Assembly (NCBI GenBank): GCA_965203295.1
Contig: CBDBCZ010000019.1
Location: 2,176,001-2,240,000, forward strand
Reading direction: 5' to 3'
DNA: 64,000 bases
From: Nitrospirales bacterium
Lineage (GTDB): Bacteria; Nitrospirota; Nitrospiria; Nitrospirales; UBA8639
The stretch's first letter is position 1, and every line of letters begins with the position of its first letter. A program made the translations under genes and the position numbers. Of the stretch, positions 40,462-51,574 are shown one piece after another. The notes beneath the pieces were generated by a model. That model was not told the DNA's origin, made no database searches, and saw only the letters and a list, made by a program, of their open reading frames with translations.

Positions 40462-41544
40462 TTAGCCTTTACGTTTTTCGAAATCAACCATAAAGTCAAT
40501 CAACGCATCAACCCCCGCCTCAGGCATCGCATTATAAATACTGGCACGCATTCCACCTACCGAACGATGGCCTTCGAGTGTGGTGAGACCAGCTTCTTGT
40601 GCTCCTGCGAGAAAGTCTTTATCCAATCCTGCGTTGGCCAAAACGAATGGAACGTTCATCCAAGAGCGGGAGGATTTCTCGACAGGATTGCTGTAAAAAT
40701 CTGAACCATCAATTGCGGCATACAGCTTATTGGCCTTCCGCCGATTGATTTCACCCATTGCTGTCAGACCACCTTGCTCTTTCAACCATTTGAATACCAA
40801 ACCAGCGATGTACACGGCATAGGTTGGCGGTGTATTCAGCATAGAATCTGCTTCTGCTTGTTTTGCGTAATCATGCACACTTGGGGTGATTGGCAACACC
40901 TCACCAATGAGATCACCGCGCACAATGACTACCGTGACTCCAGCTGGACCAATATTTTTTTGTGCCCCCGCATAAATAATGCCAAAACGACTGACATCCA
41001 TCGGTCTCGACAGAATGGTTGATGAACAGTCAGCCACTAACGGGACTCCATTGGTGTTTGGGACCCAGTGGAATTCAACACCACCGATCGTCTCGTTTGG
41101 CGTATAATGCACATAGGCAGCGTCATGACGTAAAGACCACGTTTTAAAAGCTGGAATACTGGAAAATTTATCCCCTTCTGACGAGGCTGCCACATTCACC
41201 GTACAATATTTTTTCGCTTCGCTGATGGCCTTTTTGCCCCACGCGCCAGTCAAAATATAATCGGCTGACTTTTTCCCTCTCAGGATATTCATGGGAATAG
41301 CCGCAAACTGTGCAGTGGCACCGCCTTGCAAAAAGAGCACTTTATAATTCTCGGGCACGTCCAATAAATCACGAAGATCTTGCTCTGCATCAGCCGCCAC
41401 CGAAACAAACTCTTTCCCACGATGACTCATCTCCATAATAGAGGCACCGGCACCGTGCCAATCTGACAATTCGGCTTGCACTTGTTTCAAAACCGCCTCC
41501 GGCAACATCGCCGGTCCAGCACTGAAATTATATTTCCTCGGCAT
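40462..41544 (-). CDS. serC: Phosphoserine aminotransferase, proteobacterial type
   Basis: YNFSAGPAMLP, EMSHR, NETIGG, GAQKNIGPAG, GHRSVGGMRASIYNA. Confidence 0.96.
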   Translation of the reverse strand: MPRKYNFSAGPAMLPEAVLKQVQAELSDWHGAGASIMEMSHRGKEFVSVAADAEQDLRDLLDVPENYKVLFLQGGATAQFAAIPMNILRGKKSADYILTGAWGKKAISEAKKYCTVNVAASSEGDKFSSIPAFKTWSLRHDAAYVHYTPNETIGGVEFHWVPNTNGVPLVADCSSTILSRPMDVSRFGIIYAGAQKNIGPAGVTVVIVRGDLIGEVLPITPSVHDYAKQAEADSMLNTPPTYAVYIAGLVFKWLKEQGGLTAMGEINRRKANKLYAAIDGSDFYSNPVEKSSRSWMNVPFVLANAGLDKDFLAGAQEAGLTTLEGHRSVGGMRASIYNAMPEAGVDALIDFMVDFEKRKG

Positions 41545-41629
41545 TGAACACTCCTGCTTGAATGAATCCTACCTCATTCCTCAATTCGCCTAGATCATCG
41601 CCTGCATATCACCAGCAGCTTCGTGCACA

Positions 41630-41702
41630 GTTGCGCCATCGCTCCACAAGATCTTGGTGGCATCTGGTTAGGGTATAAAGCCAGAAGATACCGCTTGACA
41701 AT
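41630..41702 (-). pseudogene. Fossil N-terminus of a class V (serine-pyruvate/AGT-type) aminotransferase
   Basis: GAGGAG RBS then IVKRYLLALYPNQMPPRSCGAMAQ, resembling MxKxYLLAPGPTPVPPxVLxAMA. Confidence 0.55.
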
Positions 41703-42023
41703 AAGCTGTTGCTCCTCTGAGGACTTATAAAAAATGGAAGGCAAAAGGTAACGAATTACGTTGGGGAATCGTACGCTATCATATGGCCTCACCAAGGTCA
41801 AGAATCACACCCTTTCACAAGAATGCTGGCAGGAATTACTCTTCGTCTCGGTCAAAGATTCCATCGGCCTGTCCTTTTATTTTTTCAATTGTCGGCAACT
41901 TAATCTTTATGGGCACAAGAAAATAAACATTCCCTTCTCTTGTCTTCAAATCTCTTGTCTTCAAATTTTGGATTGCATAGAATATTCCCTCTTTTGTGTG
42001 TCATTCTACTTTGAGAGGATTGC

Positions 42024-42293
42024 GTGGACGGGATACGATTTGAACACCGGGGAGATGGAAATTATTACAAAGTCATTCTCCACATTGGAAGCTGCTATAT
42101 TCCGGTTAGTGATGACATTGTGCAAGAATTAAAAAATCAAAGCGCCTTAATGGGTGATCGCTTTTTGGAATTTTTTCTCGACAAAGTCGGATACTCCTCT
42201 TACCTCAAAGACCAAATAAAAGTAGAACTGACCAAGTTAGGTGACCTCCCTAAGCAAGTGAGCAGTCTTCGCCAATCCATATTCAAGCTTTGA
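42024..42293 (+). CDS. Hypothetical protein, 89 aa
   Basis: GAGAGG RBS, GTG start, natural amino-acid composition. Confidence 0.65.
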   Translation: MDGIRFEHRGDGNYYKVILHIGSCYIPVSDDIVQELKNQSALMGDRFLEFFLDKVGYSSYLKDQIKVELTKLGDLPKQVSSLRQSIFKL

Positions 42294-42356
42294 CTTTCCT
42301 GCTTAGTTTCCTATGAATAAATATCGGTATGGGGGTATGAAGGTCCCAACCCCTTT

Positions 42357-43469
42357 TCACCCCCGAGATATCCCGATCTTGTCAATATAGTTCATCAGAA
42401 CGACCTTTTTTTCTGGATTTTTCTCTAACTCCAAAGCTCGATGGAAAAGTTCTACCGCGAGATCCGGTTTTCGCTTTTCATCGTACACTCGCCCGACTCC
42501 AAAGGTGGCACTTGAGTCATTTGGGTCCGACTTCAATGCCTTATTGAAGTAGTCTAAGGCATAATCGACCTGCCCCTTCTCGAACAAAAACCATCCTAGA
42601 GCAGTCGCCGCAGGAGCAAACTCTGGACAGATCCGTAAGGTCTCTTCATACTCGCGACGAGCCAGATCCTGCCGTCCTTTCGTCTCATACACCCCACCAA
42701 GCGCATAATGGACCTCGGCATCTTCAGAATTATATTGAAGAGCGATTTTATATTCCTGAATGCCGGCATCAATCTTTCCCTGTTCAACTAACGCACAGGC
42801 TAAGTTCGAATGTCCGAGTGGTTCATTGGGACGAAGTTTGATGATTTCTCGATATTGAGGAATGGCCATTTCCAATTGCCCTTGCTCCTGGTAGGCTACT
42901 CCTAAATTCAACCGAGCCGGGATGAAGGTCGAATCCAATTTGACCGCTTCCCGATATTCTTTAATCGCCTGATCGGGACGACCCATCCGTTGATAAATTT
43001 GAGCTAAAAAAAAGTGGGGAAAGGGTGAGGCAGAATCCTGCGCAATAGCCTTTCGGTAAGACGCGATACTTTTCTCTGATTGACCTGATTGGGCCAAAAA
43101 AAGACCGGCTACCAATTGAATCGGGGCTTGGTTGGGATAATCGCCGACCAACTCATCTACCCACATCCCTACCTTGGCAATATGAGCCTCCTCTTTGAGA
43201 GATTGCTCATGACACTGCCACGCCAGTGCAAATTCACCCCGAATCAAATGAACGACATTCAATACAAAAATGGCCCGAGGGTCATGTTCATCTATCTGAG
43301 CCTGTTGAGTCGCTAGGTCAAACAGAGTATCCCAGTGACCTTGGGCCAACCCCTCAGCGATTTCCTTCAATTCGGCAGGCTGAGCGGAAACCGAGTGGTC
43401 TTGCATGATTTCCTCTTGGGCCTTCTCTCCAGTTTCTTCTTCTGGAGCTGATGGATTCAAAGAGTTCAT
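42357..43469 (-). CDS. TPR-repeat protein
   Basis: Repeated NLG/ALG...A...Y..A...P TPR units. Confidence 0.88.
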   Translation of the reverse strand: MNSLNPSAPEEETGEKAQEEIMQDHSVSAQPAELKEIAEGLAQGHWDTLFDLATQQAQIDEHDPRAIFVLNVVHLIRGEFALAWQCHEQSLKEEAHIAKVGMWVDELVGDYPNQAPIQLVAGLFLAQSGQSEKSIASYRKAIAQDSASPFPHFFLAQIYQRMGRPDQAIKEYREAVKLDSTFIPARLNLGVAYQEQGQLEMAIPQYREIIKLRPNEPLGHSNLACALVEQGKIDAGIQEYKIALQYNSEDAEVHYALGGVYETKGRQDLARREYEETLRICPEFAPAATALGWFLFEKGQVDYALDYFNKALKSDPNDSSATFGVGRVYDEKRKPDLAVELFHRALELEKNPEKKVVLMNYIDKIGISRG

Positions 43470-44971
43470 CGAGTCAGGGTATCCTCAAGCTCTGGAGGGG
43501 TGGCATGAATGTGGCTTCCCAGATAGGGGTACTGCTCTGCTAATTTAACCTTCATCAGCCATGCCACTGTTCGATAGGACCAATGTCCTTTCACACCGGA
43601 ACGAAGCTTGGAAATATATTCCGCTTCCGCAAAATCCATTTTAAACAAACAGCGCACCCGAAAACCAAAGGGAATGGCATAGAGTGAAGATTCCTGATCC
43701 AACGTTCGGAGTTGTTCAATGTCTTGCTTGACCGCTTCCAGAGCAGCAGAATAGTCTTTTTCCACATTAGCCTGCTGAAGGATTTCCGGCACGTCATATC
43801 CATGGACGGTCGTAAAATTTTGTTGGACTTGCTGGCAGCGACGGTGACGATGCATGTCTCGCCATCCGCCGATATCCATTAACACATCAAAGACAAACGC
43901 ATAACCACTTCGAAATTCCTTGATCAACTCATCATGGGGACCTCGACGCCTCATAGCAATTTCAATCGTTTCCTGCTTCTCCTTCTCGGACCACTGTTGA
44001 ACCATTTCTAGAATACAGCGGTAGGGTGCATGACTCACTCGGTAGAGAAGAGTCGTGACGAGTTCATCCATTGGATCATGGGGTTCGAGCAACTCAACAG
44101 GTGTGGTTCGTGTCGCCCAGGAAGAAGGATGATCCAGACTCACCTGTTTCATGATTCCATTTCCATAACGAAGAAGATCTCGATACACTTCAGCTTGATA
44201 CTCATTGGACCCTGCATATCTGGCTAACGTAGGGGCCAAGGGTTCAGCAAGCTTGTCATCGTCTCCAGAAAGGTTAGCCCAGAGGTTTGAAGGTGGTTTG
44301 CGACACGCGTCTTTCAACTCTTCTCCAATGGCCCGTAACTCGGGAAGTTGAGCTGACAGAAGCCGAGTCATCTGTTTTTCGAGCGTGCGAATACTGACAA
44401 CCTGTCCCACATTGGTTTTTGCCGCCAGCGGTAACAGGTAACGAGTGACATCAAGGGTTCGCGCAGCCATGGTGCGGTCATAGTTGGCTGGGGTCATATC
44501 TGCCGGACGGGGGTATTGCTCAGAGAGATAACTCCGAAGCGGTTCCTGCAACTGACGGTATACATTGTACAAGCTCCCTAAGACCCCTCGGTACACCCCC
44601 TCCGTTTCCGTATTAAGGATGTTCTCGGGAATATAACACCCAGCTGCCGCAAAATTTTGGTAGCGGCTTGATTTAGCCTGACCATCCCAAAGCGGTTCAT
44701 CTTCCAACCGGATGGCCGCCAATTCCGAAATATTTTCACAACACATCGTCACGTGACCAAGATCAGCGATCGAACCATGACCATAGGCAAAATAAAATTG
44801 TTCCCAAAACTTTTCCGACGAATGCGAATGAACCCATCGCAGGCTCTCTTCAATGGAATCGGGAGAGCGACTATAGCGGGCTAAGGCATAGGCCGACTTC
44901 TCGGGCGGCATGGGGGCCACGGCGACAATTCGCCGAGCGTCTTTTTCCATGGTCACGGATCTTTTCTCCAC
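43466..44971 (-). CDS. ThyX-like FAD-dependent thymidylate synthase, long tandem-domain form
   Basis: YGHGSIAD, KSSRYQ, DVTRYLLPLA, RDMHRHR, LRS...GHWSYR. Confidence 0.8.
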   Translation of the reverse strand: MEKRSVTMEKDARRIVAVAPMPPEKSAYALARYSRSPDSIEESLRWVHSHSSEKFWEQFYFAYGHGSIADLGHVTMCCENISELAAIRLEDEPLWDGQAKSSRYQNFAAAGCYIPENILNTETEGVYRGVLGSLYNVYRQLQEPLRSYLSEQYPRPADMTPANYDRTMAARTLDVTRYLLPLAAKTNVGQVVSIRTLEKQMTRLLSAQLPELRAIGEELKDACRKPPSNLWANLSGDDDKLAEPLAPTLARYAGSNEYQAEVYRDLLRYGNGIMKQVSLDHPSSWATRTTPVELLEPHDPMDELVTTLLYRVSHAPYRCILEMVQQWSEKEKQETIEIAMRRRGPHDELIKEFRSGYAFVFDVLMDIGGWRDMHRHRRCQQVQQNFTTVHGYDVPEILQQANVEKDYSAALEAVKQDIEQLRTLDQESSLYAIPFGFRVRCLFKMDFAEAEYISKLRSGVKGHWSYRTVAWLMKVKLAEQYPYLGSHIHATPPELEDTLTR

Positions 44972-45205
44972 TCTTCAACAATCATGATAAAGAAGCATGA
45001 TCACTAGGGGGATCAACGAAAGAGAATGACGTGCTTCAGTTTTTTCGATTGTCTCGCAGGGGTGCCACTATAAATCGGGCGACGCTTCAATCTCAAGTCA
45101 CCATGACCCCGTCCCGATCAACGTAGAAAAAACCCTTGAAACAGTGCATTCATGCCCGTACACTCCGCCAACTTATCGGCGCAACAAACTCTCTCATCTG
45201 AAATC

Positions 45206-46564
45206 ATGGCTAATCGTCAATCCATTCATGGACAATGGTCTTCTCGATGGACCTTTATTATGGCAGCTACAGGTGCGGCTGTCGGTCTGGGGAATATTTG
45301 GAAATTTCCGTACTTGACCGGGGAACATGGCGGAAATGCCTTCATTTTAGTCTATATCGTCTGTGTGGCCGCTTTGGGAATCCCGATGATGATGGCCGAG
45401 GTCATGTTGGGCAAGTTAGGGCGTCAAACTCCAGTGAACACCATGCGAACCCTCGCTCAAGAAACTGGAGCCAGTAAGGGATGGGAACTTATCGGATGGT
45501 CGGGTACGGTCGCTGGCGTGCTTATTCTGTCCTACTACAGCGTGATAGAGGGTTGGACACTCGCTTACATTTTCCGTTCCGCTACAGGGATGTTTACGGA
45601 AGCTAATGGAGCCTTTACCTCCAATGCTTTTGACGAATTTGTGGCTGACCCATAGACATTGATTCTTTGGCATTCCTTGTTCATGGTCATGACCATGTTT
45701 GTCGTCGCACGTGGGGTCCAGGGCGGTTTGGAAAAAGCTGTCCAGTATCTGATACCAACTCTTTTTGTGTTGCTCCTTGTGTTGGTGGGCTATGCACTGA
45801 CGACCGGGTACTTCCAGAAAGGACTTGCTTTTCTGTTCACTCCCGATTTCAGCAAACTCTCTGGAACCAGCATGTTAGCGTCTATGGGACAGGCCTTTTT
45901 CAGTTTAAGCCTGGGGATGGGAACAATCATGATTTATGGGTCCTATGTCCCGACAGGCACATCGATCGCTGAAACATCTATCTCCATCGCGGTGGCGGAC
46001 TCATTAGTAGCCTTGATTGCAGGAATGGCGATCTTCCCCATTGTGTTTGCGAATCATATGGAACCCGGGGCAGGCCCAAGCTTGATCTTCGAAACCCTTC
46101 CAGTGGCGTTTGGCAATATGACGGGCGGAGTAGCGTTCGGATCCTTATTCTTTATCCTGTTATTGGTAGCTGCCTGGACCTCTTCGATCTCGCTGATTGA
46201 GCCGGCCGTGACGATGATGATAGAAAATTATCGGATGAGTCGACTCACAGCTTCTGTAAGGACAGGCTTGGTGACCTGGGCGCTGGGGTTGGGAACGGTT
46301 TTTTCCTTTAATATTGGGACGAAATTCACAATCTTCAGCTTAGACTTTTTCCACCTGTTGGACTACGTCACTTCCAACTTGATGCTTCCTCTTGGCGGCA
46401 TAGGCATGGCAATTTTCGCAGGCTGGCTGATGACTCAACAGACCACCCAAGCCGAACTGGAAATCAAAAAGAAAAACGGTTTCAGAATTTGGCAAATTCT
46501 TATCCGCTATATTGCTCCACTCGCCGTTTCGATCGTTCTTTTTCACGCCATAGGTGTCCTTTAA
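45206..46564 (+). pseudogene. NSS/SNF-family sodium-dependent transporter with in-frame TAG at 45653-45655
   Basis: GAAVGLGNIWKFPY, GQAFFSLSLG, TSSISLIE; two ORFs in the same frame. Confidence 0.88.
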
Positions 46565-46569
46565 TACAT

Positions 46570-47175
46570 TTAAGACAAATGTTGAACACAATGAGTCAAC
46601 AATAAGACTATTTCTTGAAGCTGAATTGTTTCAAGATCATCACGCAATTCTTTTCTGCCTTCAGTTACGCAAATCTGACATGAATCAATAAAACAAAAAG
46701 GATCCCATTTCCCGGCCGGGATCAGGTTTGAGAAGGTCGCGTTGCCAGCCTTAACCTCGCATTGGACATAGCGAGCTAAGTCATCAAATACCGGGTGATA
46801 GCCAACCTTTCTAAACCAATATTTCGCATTTCCATAATCTGGCTCACGCCGATGAACAATGCCGTGCCAATAATTGGCTTCAGGCATCTCATACTGCTGA
46901 GCCAACGTGTGAGCTTCATCATCGGCTCCTCCCAAGAGATATAAGCCAATTTTTACAGTTTGAGCCATGGCGTGCTCTTGAACTCGATCACCGAAAAGCT
47001 TCTCAGCCGACAGAGTCTGTAGTTCCGTCATAGCTTGGAAGACCGGTCGCCTTGATCCAGAGGTCAAACTCAAGGAGGGAGAACCCACGATTATTTTGTC
47101 AAATAGAATGGCACCAGGAGAGTCAGGAGAAAAAGGATTCGTGGACTTGTTTATATCACCCCATCCTTCTGACAT
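46570..47175 (-). CDS. Conserved hypothetical protein
   Basis: AHTLAQ...YWHGIVHRREPDYGNAKYWF...WDPFCFID motifs. Confidence 0.78.
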   Translation of the reverse strand: MSEGWGDINKSTNPFSPDSPGAILFDKIIVGSPSLSLTSGSRRPVFQAMTELQTLSAEKLFGDRVQEHAMAQTVKIGLYLLGGADDEAHTLAQQYEMPEANYWHGIVHRREPDYGNAKYWFRKVGYHPVFDDLARYVQCEVKAGNATFSNLIPAGKWDPFCFIDSCQICVTEGRKELRDDLETIQLQEIVLLLTHCVQHLS

Positions 47176-47226
47176 GGCTTATCTAGAGGGAAGCAGCTCG
47201 AGAAGGAAAATTGAACAGGAGAGGTT

Positions 47227-47834
47227 TTAATCAGGGAAATAATACGCGAATCCAATGAGGCCGAGCACCGCGTTGATTCCGGTATTCCGATCCCCCAAGT
47301 TTGCATTAGAGATATGAGAAAGCCGAACCCCCAGGGAAACCGCTGTCCGGTCCGTGACTAAATACTGAACTCCAGGACCGGTTCCGAGAATATAATTAAA
47401 TTGTGTACTTTGCTCAGGTATGCGAGGGGCTAAATCGCTCCAAACCATGCCCGCACCCACATCCCAATAGGGTATCCATCGCCCGTAGGAAAGGAAATCA
47501 TATTTCAAGACTAACGACCCACCGAAAAAGAAGCGATGAACGATTCAAAAAAATGCGCTCCGACAGGTTCGACGATGACTTCGAATGCCCCGCTGAAATA
47601 ACCGGCATCGAGCTTATCAGTCAGCACGTATCCAATTTGAGGAAGAACAAACACCGCACTTCGGTTAGAAGATTGGGCTCCCCCTAAGGCCGTCGTGGCC
47701 TGCCAGTATCCAGCTTAGATGCCAAGTTCCACCGTTCCGTTCTTAATCAACTTTCCAGCTTCGGGCTCGGCATTCACACTCCCTGGGGGAAAAACTAATA
47801 TTCCCACAATCGTAAGAACGACTAGCATTAGCAT
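47227..47834 (-). pseudogene. Outer-membrane beta-barrel (PagL/acyloxyacyl hydrolase-like) with TAA at 47715-47717 and a frameshift at ~47527
   Basis: Signal peptide; ELGI*AGYWQA...EPVGAHFF, then shift to GGSLVLKYDF...HISNANLGDRNTGIN...YYF. Confidence 0.78.
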
Positions 47835-48277
47835 TCCCTCCGTTTTCAGGAACATTCGACTCTTAATTCCAAAACTGTCACCCCCAAAATTCAGGCCAAA
47901 GCTTAAAGATACTCTCTCCATCAATCAACACCCACTTGAGTATTCAAATGTAAGGTAGAATGCTGACTTCAGGAAACACATATATCACAAACAAGCGCAT
48001 GACAATAGACTTTTTTGCTTCCACGCAAGTCCTCATGATCAGATGTCGCCACAGCTCGTACCCTGATCCGTTGTCATGAGAATCTTTTCCAGCCAGATCC
48101 CTCATGGCCAAATTGAAAAACTGACGGATAAAAAATTTCCGCCAGAATTTTTTATGTGATGAGACTTTACCCAGAATTTCATAGAGTACCGGAGCCCTAT
48201 TATGGTAAAAGGATATTGATATTCACGCAAATCAAACCCTCTCTCCTTCAATCACTCACTGTTGAAAGGAAGTCATT

Positions 48278-48577
48278 ATGTCGACAAAGGCGTACATCTT
48301 GATGAAAGTCAAAACCGGCAAATCTGTCGAAGTTCTCCGCTTGCTCAGGGAAGTCCCCGGTGTCGAGCAGGCCCATACCTGTTTTGGCCAACCTGATATC
48401 TTTGGGCTCATCAAGGCTGAAGATGAAAAAACATTAGCCAGCGTCATCATGACCAAAGTTCATACGATTCCAGGGGTCGAGGAAACGGACACTCATAATC
48501 ATTGCCCAAGACTAATCGATTCAATTTTCACCCTTCTAAGGAGAACCTCAAATCGGATATTCTCCCTCAGGCCGTGA
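48278..48577 (+). CDS. Lrp/AsnC ligand-binding-domain protein; probable +1 insertion near the C-terminus (ancestral stop ~48513-48515)
   Basis: KAYILMKV, GQPDI, IPGVEETDTH; removing one A gives ...THIIAQD*. Confidence 0.75.
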   Translation: MSTKAYILMKVKTGKSVEVLRLLREVPGVEQAHTCFGQPDIFGLIKAEDEKTLASVIMTKVHTIPGVEETDTHNHCPRLIDSIFTLLRRTSNRIFSLRP

Positions 48578-48725
48578 TCACAAGACTTTCTTCGTCAATT
48601 GAGAAATCCTTGGTTCACCTCCTGTGCGTCCTGGGTGGTGTGACCTCATAGGTTATTCCCCGATTCAACGTTCTGTCCACCACCAACTTGCCATCCCCTA
48701 GCCCTTTCCCCTACCGTATGGTTTC

Positions 48726-50339
48726 ATGCGACCACGGTATGTTCCCACGCTTTGCGCTGTCCTGACCGGCTCAGCCTATTCGCTGTCTGTTTCAAACAAT
48801 CTTGACGGCTTTCCCTATGGGATTCTTGCTTGGATAAGTCTCATTCCCCTTCATGTGGCTCTGGAAGGTGCAACAGAACGGCAAGCCTTTTTCCGAGGAT
48901 GGGGAACTGGCATCTTGAGTTTTATCGGCTCGATGTATTGGGTCGTCATCGCCATGCACTCGTACGGACACATTCCCCTTCTCATCAGCGTGGCGCTGAT
49001 GCTTCTCCTTGCCACCTATTTAGGTCTCTACGTCGGATTGTATGCTCTGATCGTCGCTCACGTGGACCGACATCGGCCCAGTTCGATCTTGTGGGGAGCA
49101 CCGACATTATGGGTTTCCTTTGAGTTACTCCGGACCTATTTGCTGAGTGGCCTTCCGTGGGGGCTTTTAGGGTATTCGCAGTTTCGTGTTTTGTCCATTA
49201 TTCAGGTCGCTGACATCACTGGTGTCTATGGCATTTCCTTTCTTGTGGTCTTCATCAATGTAGTGCTCTTTACCATGATTCAATGGGGGTGGAATGAATA
49301 CCGAAAATCAAAGGGTATCCCATTTCCTTGGAAGCCCTTGACGCTCGCCACGCTCACTCTGTCACTTGTCTGGGGATACGGGCTATGGCAATTGGATAAG
49401 GAAGCCGCACGAAGACATGAGGCGCCCACACTACGCGTGGGGTTGATCCAAGCAAATATTGGCCAAGCTCACAAATGGGATACGGCTTACCGATTTGAAA
49501 CCATGAACCGATACATGACACTCTCCAAACAGGCATCGAAGGAGACTGACCTGATTATCTGGCCTGAAGCCGCGACACCGTTTTTGTATGAGCAAGAACC
49601 TTCGTATCAATCCCTGATCACCGCCTTGACCCAAGAAACTCACGTTCCACTGGTATTGGGAAGTCCCGCCTTGCGGCGTTTTCCAGATGGCAGCCCCTAT
49701 CTCTTGAACAGTGCCTATCTCTTGAACACCAACGGAGACATTACAGGGCGATACGATAAACAGCATCTCGTGCCTTTTGGAGAATATATTCCCCTTCGAT
49801 GGCTTCTCTTTTTTCTGGACAAACTTGTGGTAGGCATAGGTGATTTCGAACCCGGGCCGGGCCCCACTCTGCTGAGCCTCTCACCTCAGAACCATGAAGC
49901 TGGTCCTCGGTTCGGAGTCGCGATTTGTTTCGAGGTGATTTTTCCAAACCTTGTCCGTCAATTGGCGAACGAAGGCTCGAATTTTCTTGTCACGATTACG
50001 AATGATTCCTGGTTCGGTCAGACCGTAGCCCCATACCAACATTTTGCTATGGTCGTCTTCCGCGCTGTCGAAAACCGGATGGCCTTTGCCCGAGCAGCCA
50101 ATACGGGAATATCGGGTTTCATCGCTTCAGATGGACGAATTCTTTCCAAGACAGACATTTTTTCCGAAGCAATCGTCAAGGGTGAAGTCTCTCTCCATTC
50201 CCCTTCAACGTTTTACACAAGGCAAGGAGATGTCTTTGCATGGGCCTGTGTTATTCTTACAGGTTTTTTGATATTGTTGGGAAGACGGTCCCTCAGACAG
50301 AACAGGACCAATGACCTGAAAGTCTCTCCGAATCCCTAA
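48726..50339 (+). CDS. lnt: Apolipoprotein N-acyltransferase
   Basis: WPEA, YDKQHLVPFGEYIP, ICFEVIF, RAANTGIS. Confidence 0.95.
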   Translation: MRPRYVPTLCAVLTGSAYSLSVSNNLDGFPYGILAWISLIPLHVALEGATERQAFFRGWGTGILSFIGSMYWVVIAMHSYGHIPLLISVALMLLLATYLGLYVGLYALIVAHVDRHRPSSILWGAPTLWVSFELLRTYLLSGLPWGLLGYSQFRVLSIIQVADITGVYGISFLVVFINVVLFTMIQWGWNEYRKSKGIPFPWKPLTLATLTLSLVWGYGLWQLDKEAARRHEAPTLRVGLIQANIGQAHKWDTAYRFETMNRYMTLSKQASKETDLIIWPEAATPFLYEQEPSYQSLITALTQETHVPLVLGSPALRRFPDGSPYLLNSAYLLNTNGDITGRYDKQHLVPFGEYIPLRWLLFFLDKLVVGIGDFEPGPGPTLLSLSPQNHEAGPRFGVAICFEVIFPNLVRQLANEGSNFLVTITNDSWFGQTVAPYQHFAMVVFRAVENRMAFARAANTGISGFIASDGRILSKTDIFSEAIVKGEVSLHSPSTFYTRQGDVFAWACVILTGFLILLGRRSLRQNRTNDLKVSPNP

Positions 50340-50356
50340 CCACAAAGGAGCACGGA

Positions 50357-51455
50357 ATGTTAGAAGACGTTCGCAGCCGCATGAGTGAGATCGAGAACAC
50401 TATCGCTGATTTACGGAGGTCTCTTTGACGTCCCTCAGCTCACCAATGAAATAGAGGAAATCGAGCGCGAGTCCGCCCAACCTGATTTTTGGAAAAATGC
50501 CGCTCATGCTGCCAAAGTCGGACAACGTAAAGCTACCATTGAGCGGGATATTCGACGACTCAGCGATTTGGAGCGTCAGCAAGCTGACCTTCAAGCCACG
50601 CTGGAATTGATCGGTGAGCAGGAAGATCCAGAGTTACAGAACGAACTTGCCGCCAACCTTGGCCAATTAGAGAAGCTTCTTGACCAACTCCAGGTTGAAC
50701 GACTCCTTGCTGGTGAGCATGATGACTGCCCGGCTATTCTTGGCATTAATCCTGGAGCTGGTGGGACTGAATCTCAGGATTGGGCGCAAATGCTCATGCG
50801 AATGTATATTCGATGGGCAGAACAACGAGGATATAAAGTCGAGACCCTTGATGTTCAACCCGGAGATGAAGCAGGAATCAAAAGCATCACCCTGGGAATT
50901 TCCGGACCGCATGCCTATGGGTATTTGAAAGCGGAGTCAGGCGTCCATCGCTTAGTTCGAATATCTCCATTCGATGCCAATAAACGGCGGCACACGTCTT
51001 TTGCCGCTGTTTCGGTCTACCCGGAAAGAGAAGACGATGTGAATGTGATCATTGATGACAAGGACTTGCGGGTTGATACATTTCGCGCTGGAGGAGCAGG
51101 GGGACAAAACGTCAATAAAGTGGAAACCGCCATCCGCATGACCCATATCCCCACTGGGATTACGGTACAATGCCAAAACGAGCGATCTCAATTGCAAAAT
51201 CGTATGGGCGCCATGCGCGTCTTGAAAGCCAAATTATATGAGTTGGAACAGCAAAAAAAAGAAGCTGAGTTTCAGACCATCGTTGGAGAAAAAAAGGAAA
51301 TCGGTTGGGGAAGCCAAATTCGGTCCTATGTATTCCAACCCTATCAAATGGTGAAAGACCATCGGACCAACTATGAATCTGGCAATGTATCGGCTGCAAT
51401 GGATGGCGCTCTTGACCCCTTCATTGAAGCATACTTAAAAAAACAGGTAGGATAA
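50357..51455 (+). CDS. prfB: Peptide chain release factor 2 with programmed +1 frameshift
   Basis: ATG 50357 (AAGGAG RBS), internal GGAGG then CTT TGA C at 50423-50429; SPF and GGQ motifs. Confidence 0.96.
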
Positions 51456-51574
51456 TCAATCACGACTCTATTCGATAGAGAAACCCCTTAGCGAGTCTAG
51501 CCTTCCCATTCATCCTGATCTGAGGACAGAGAAGACTTCTCTGAAGACGTTCTTCCAAGTTGAGGACTACACAC

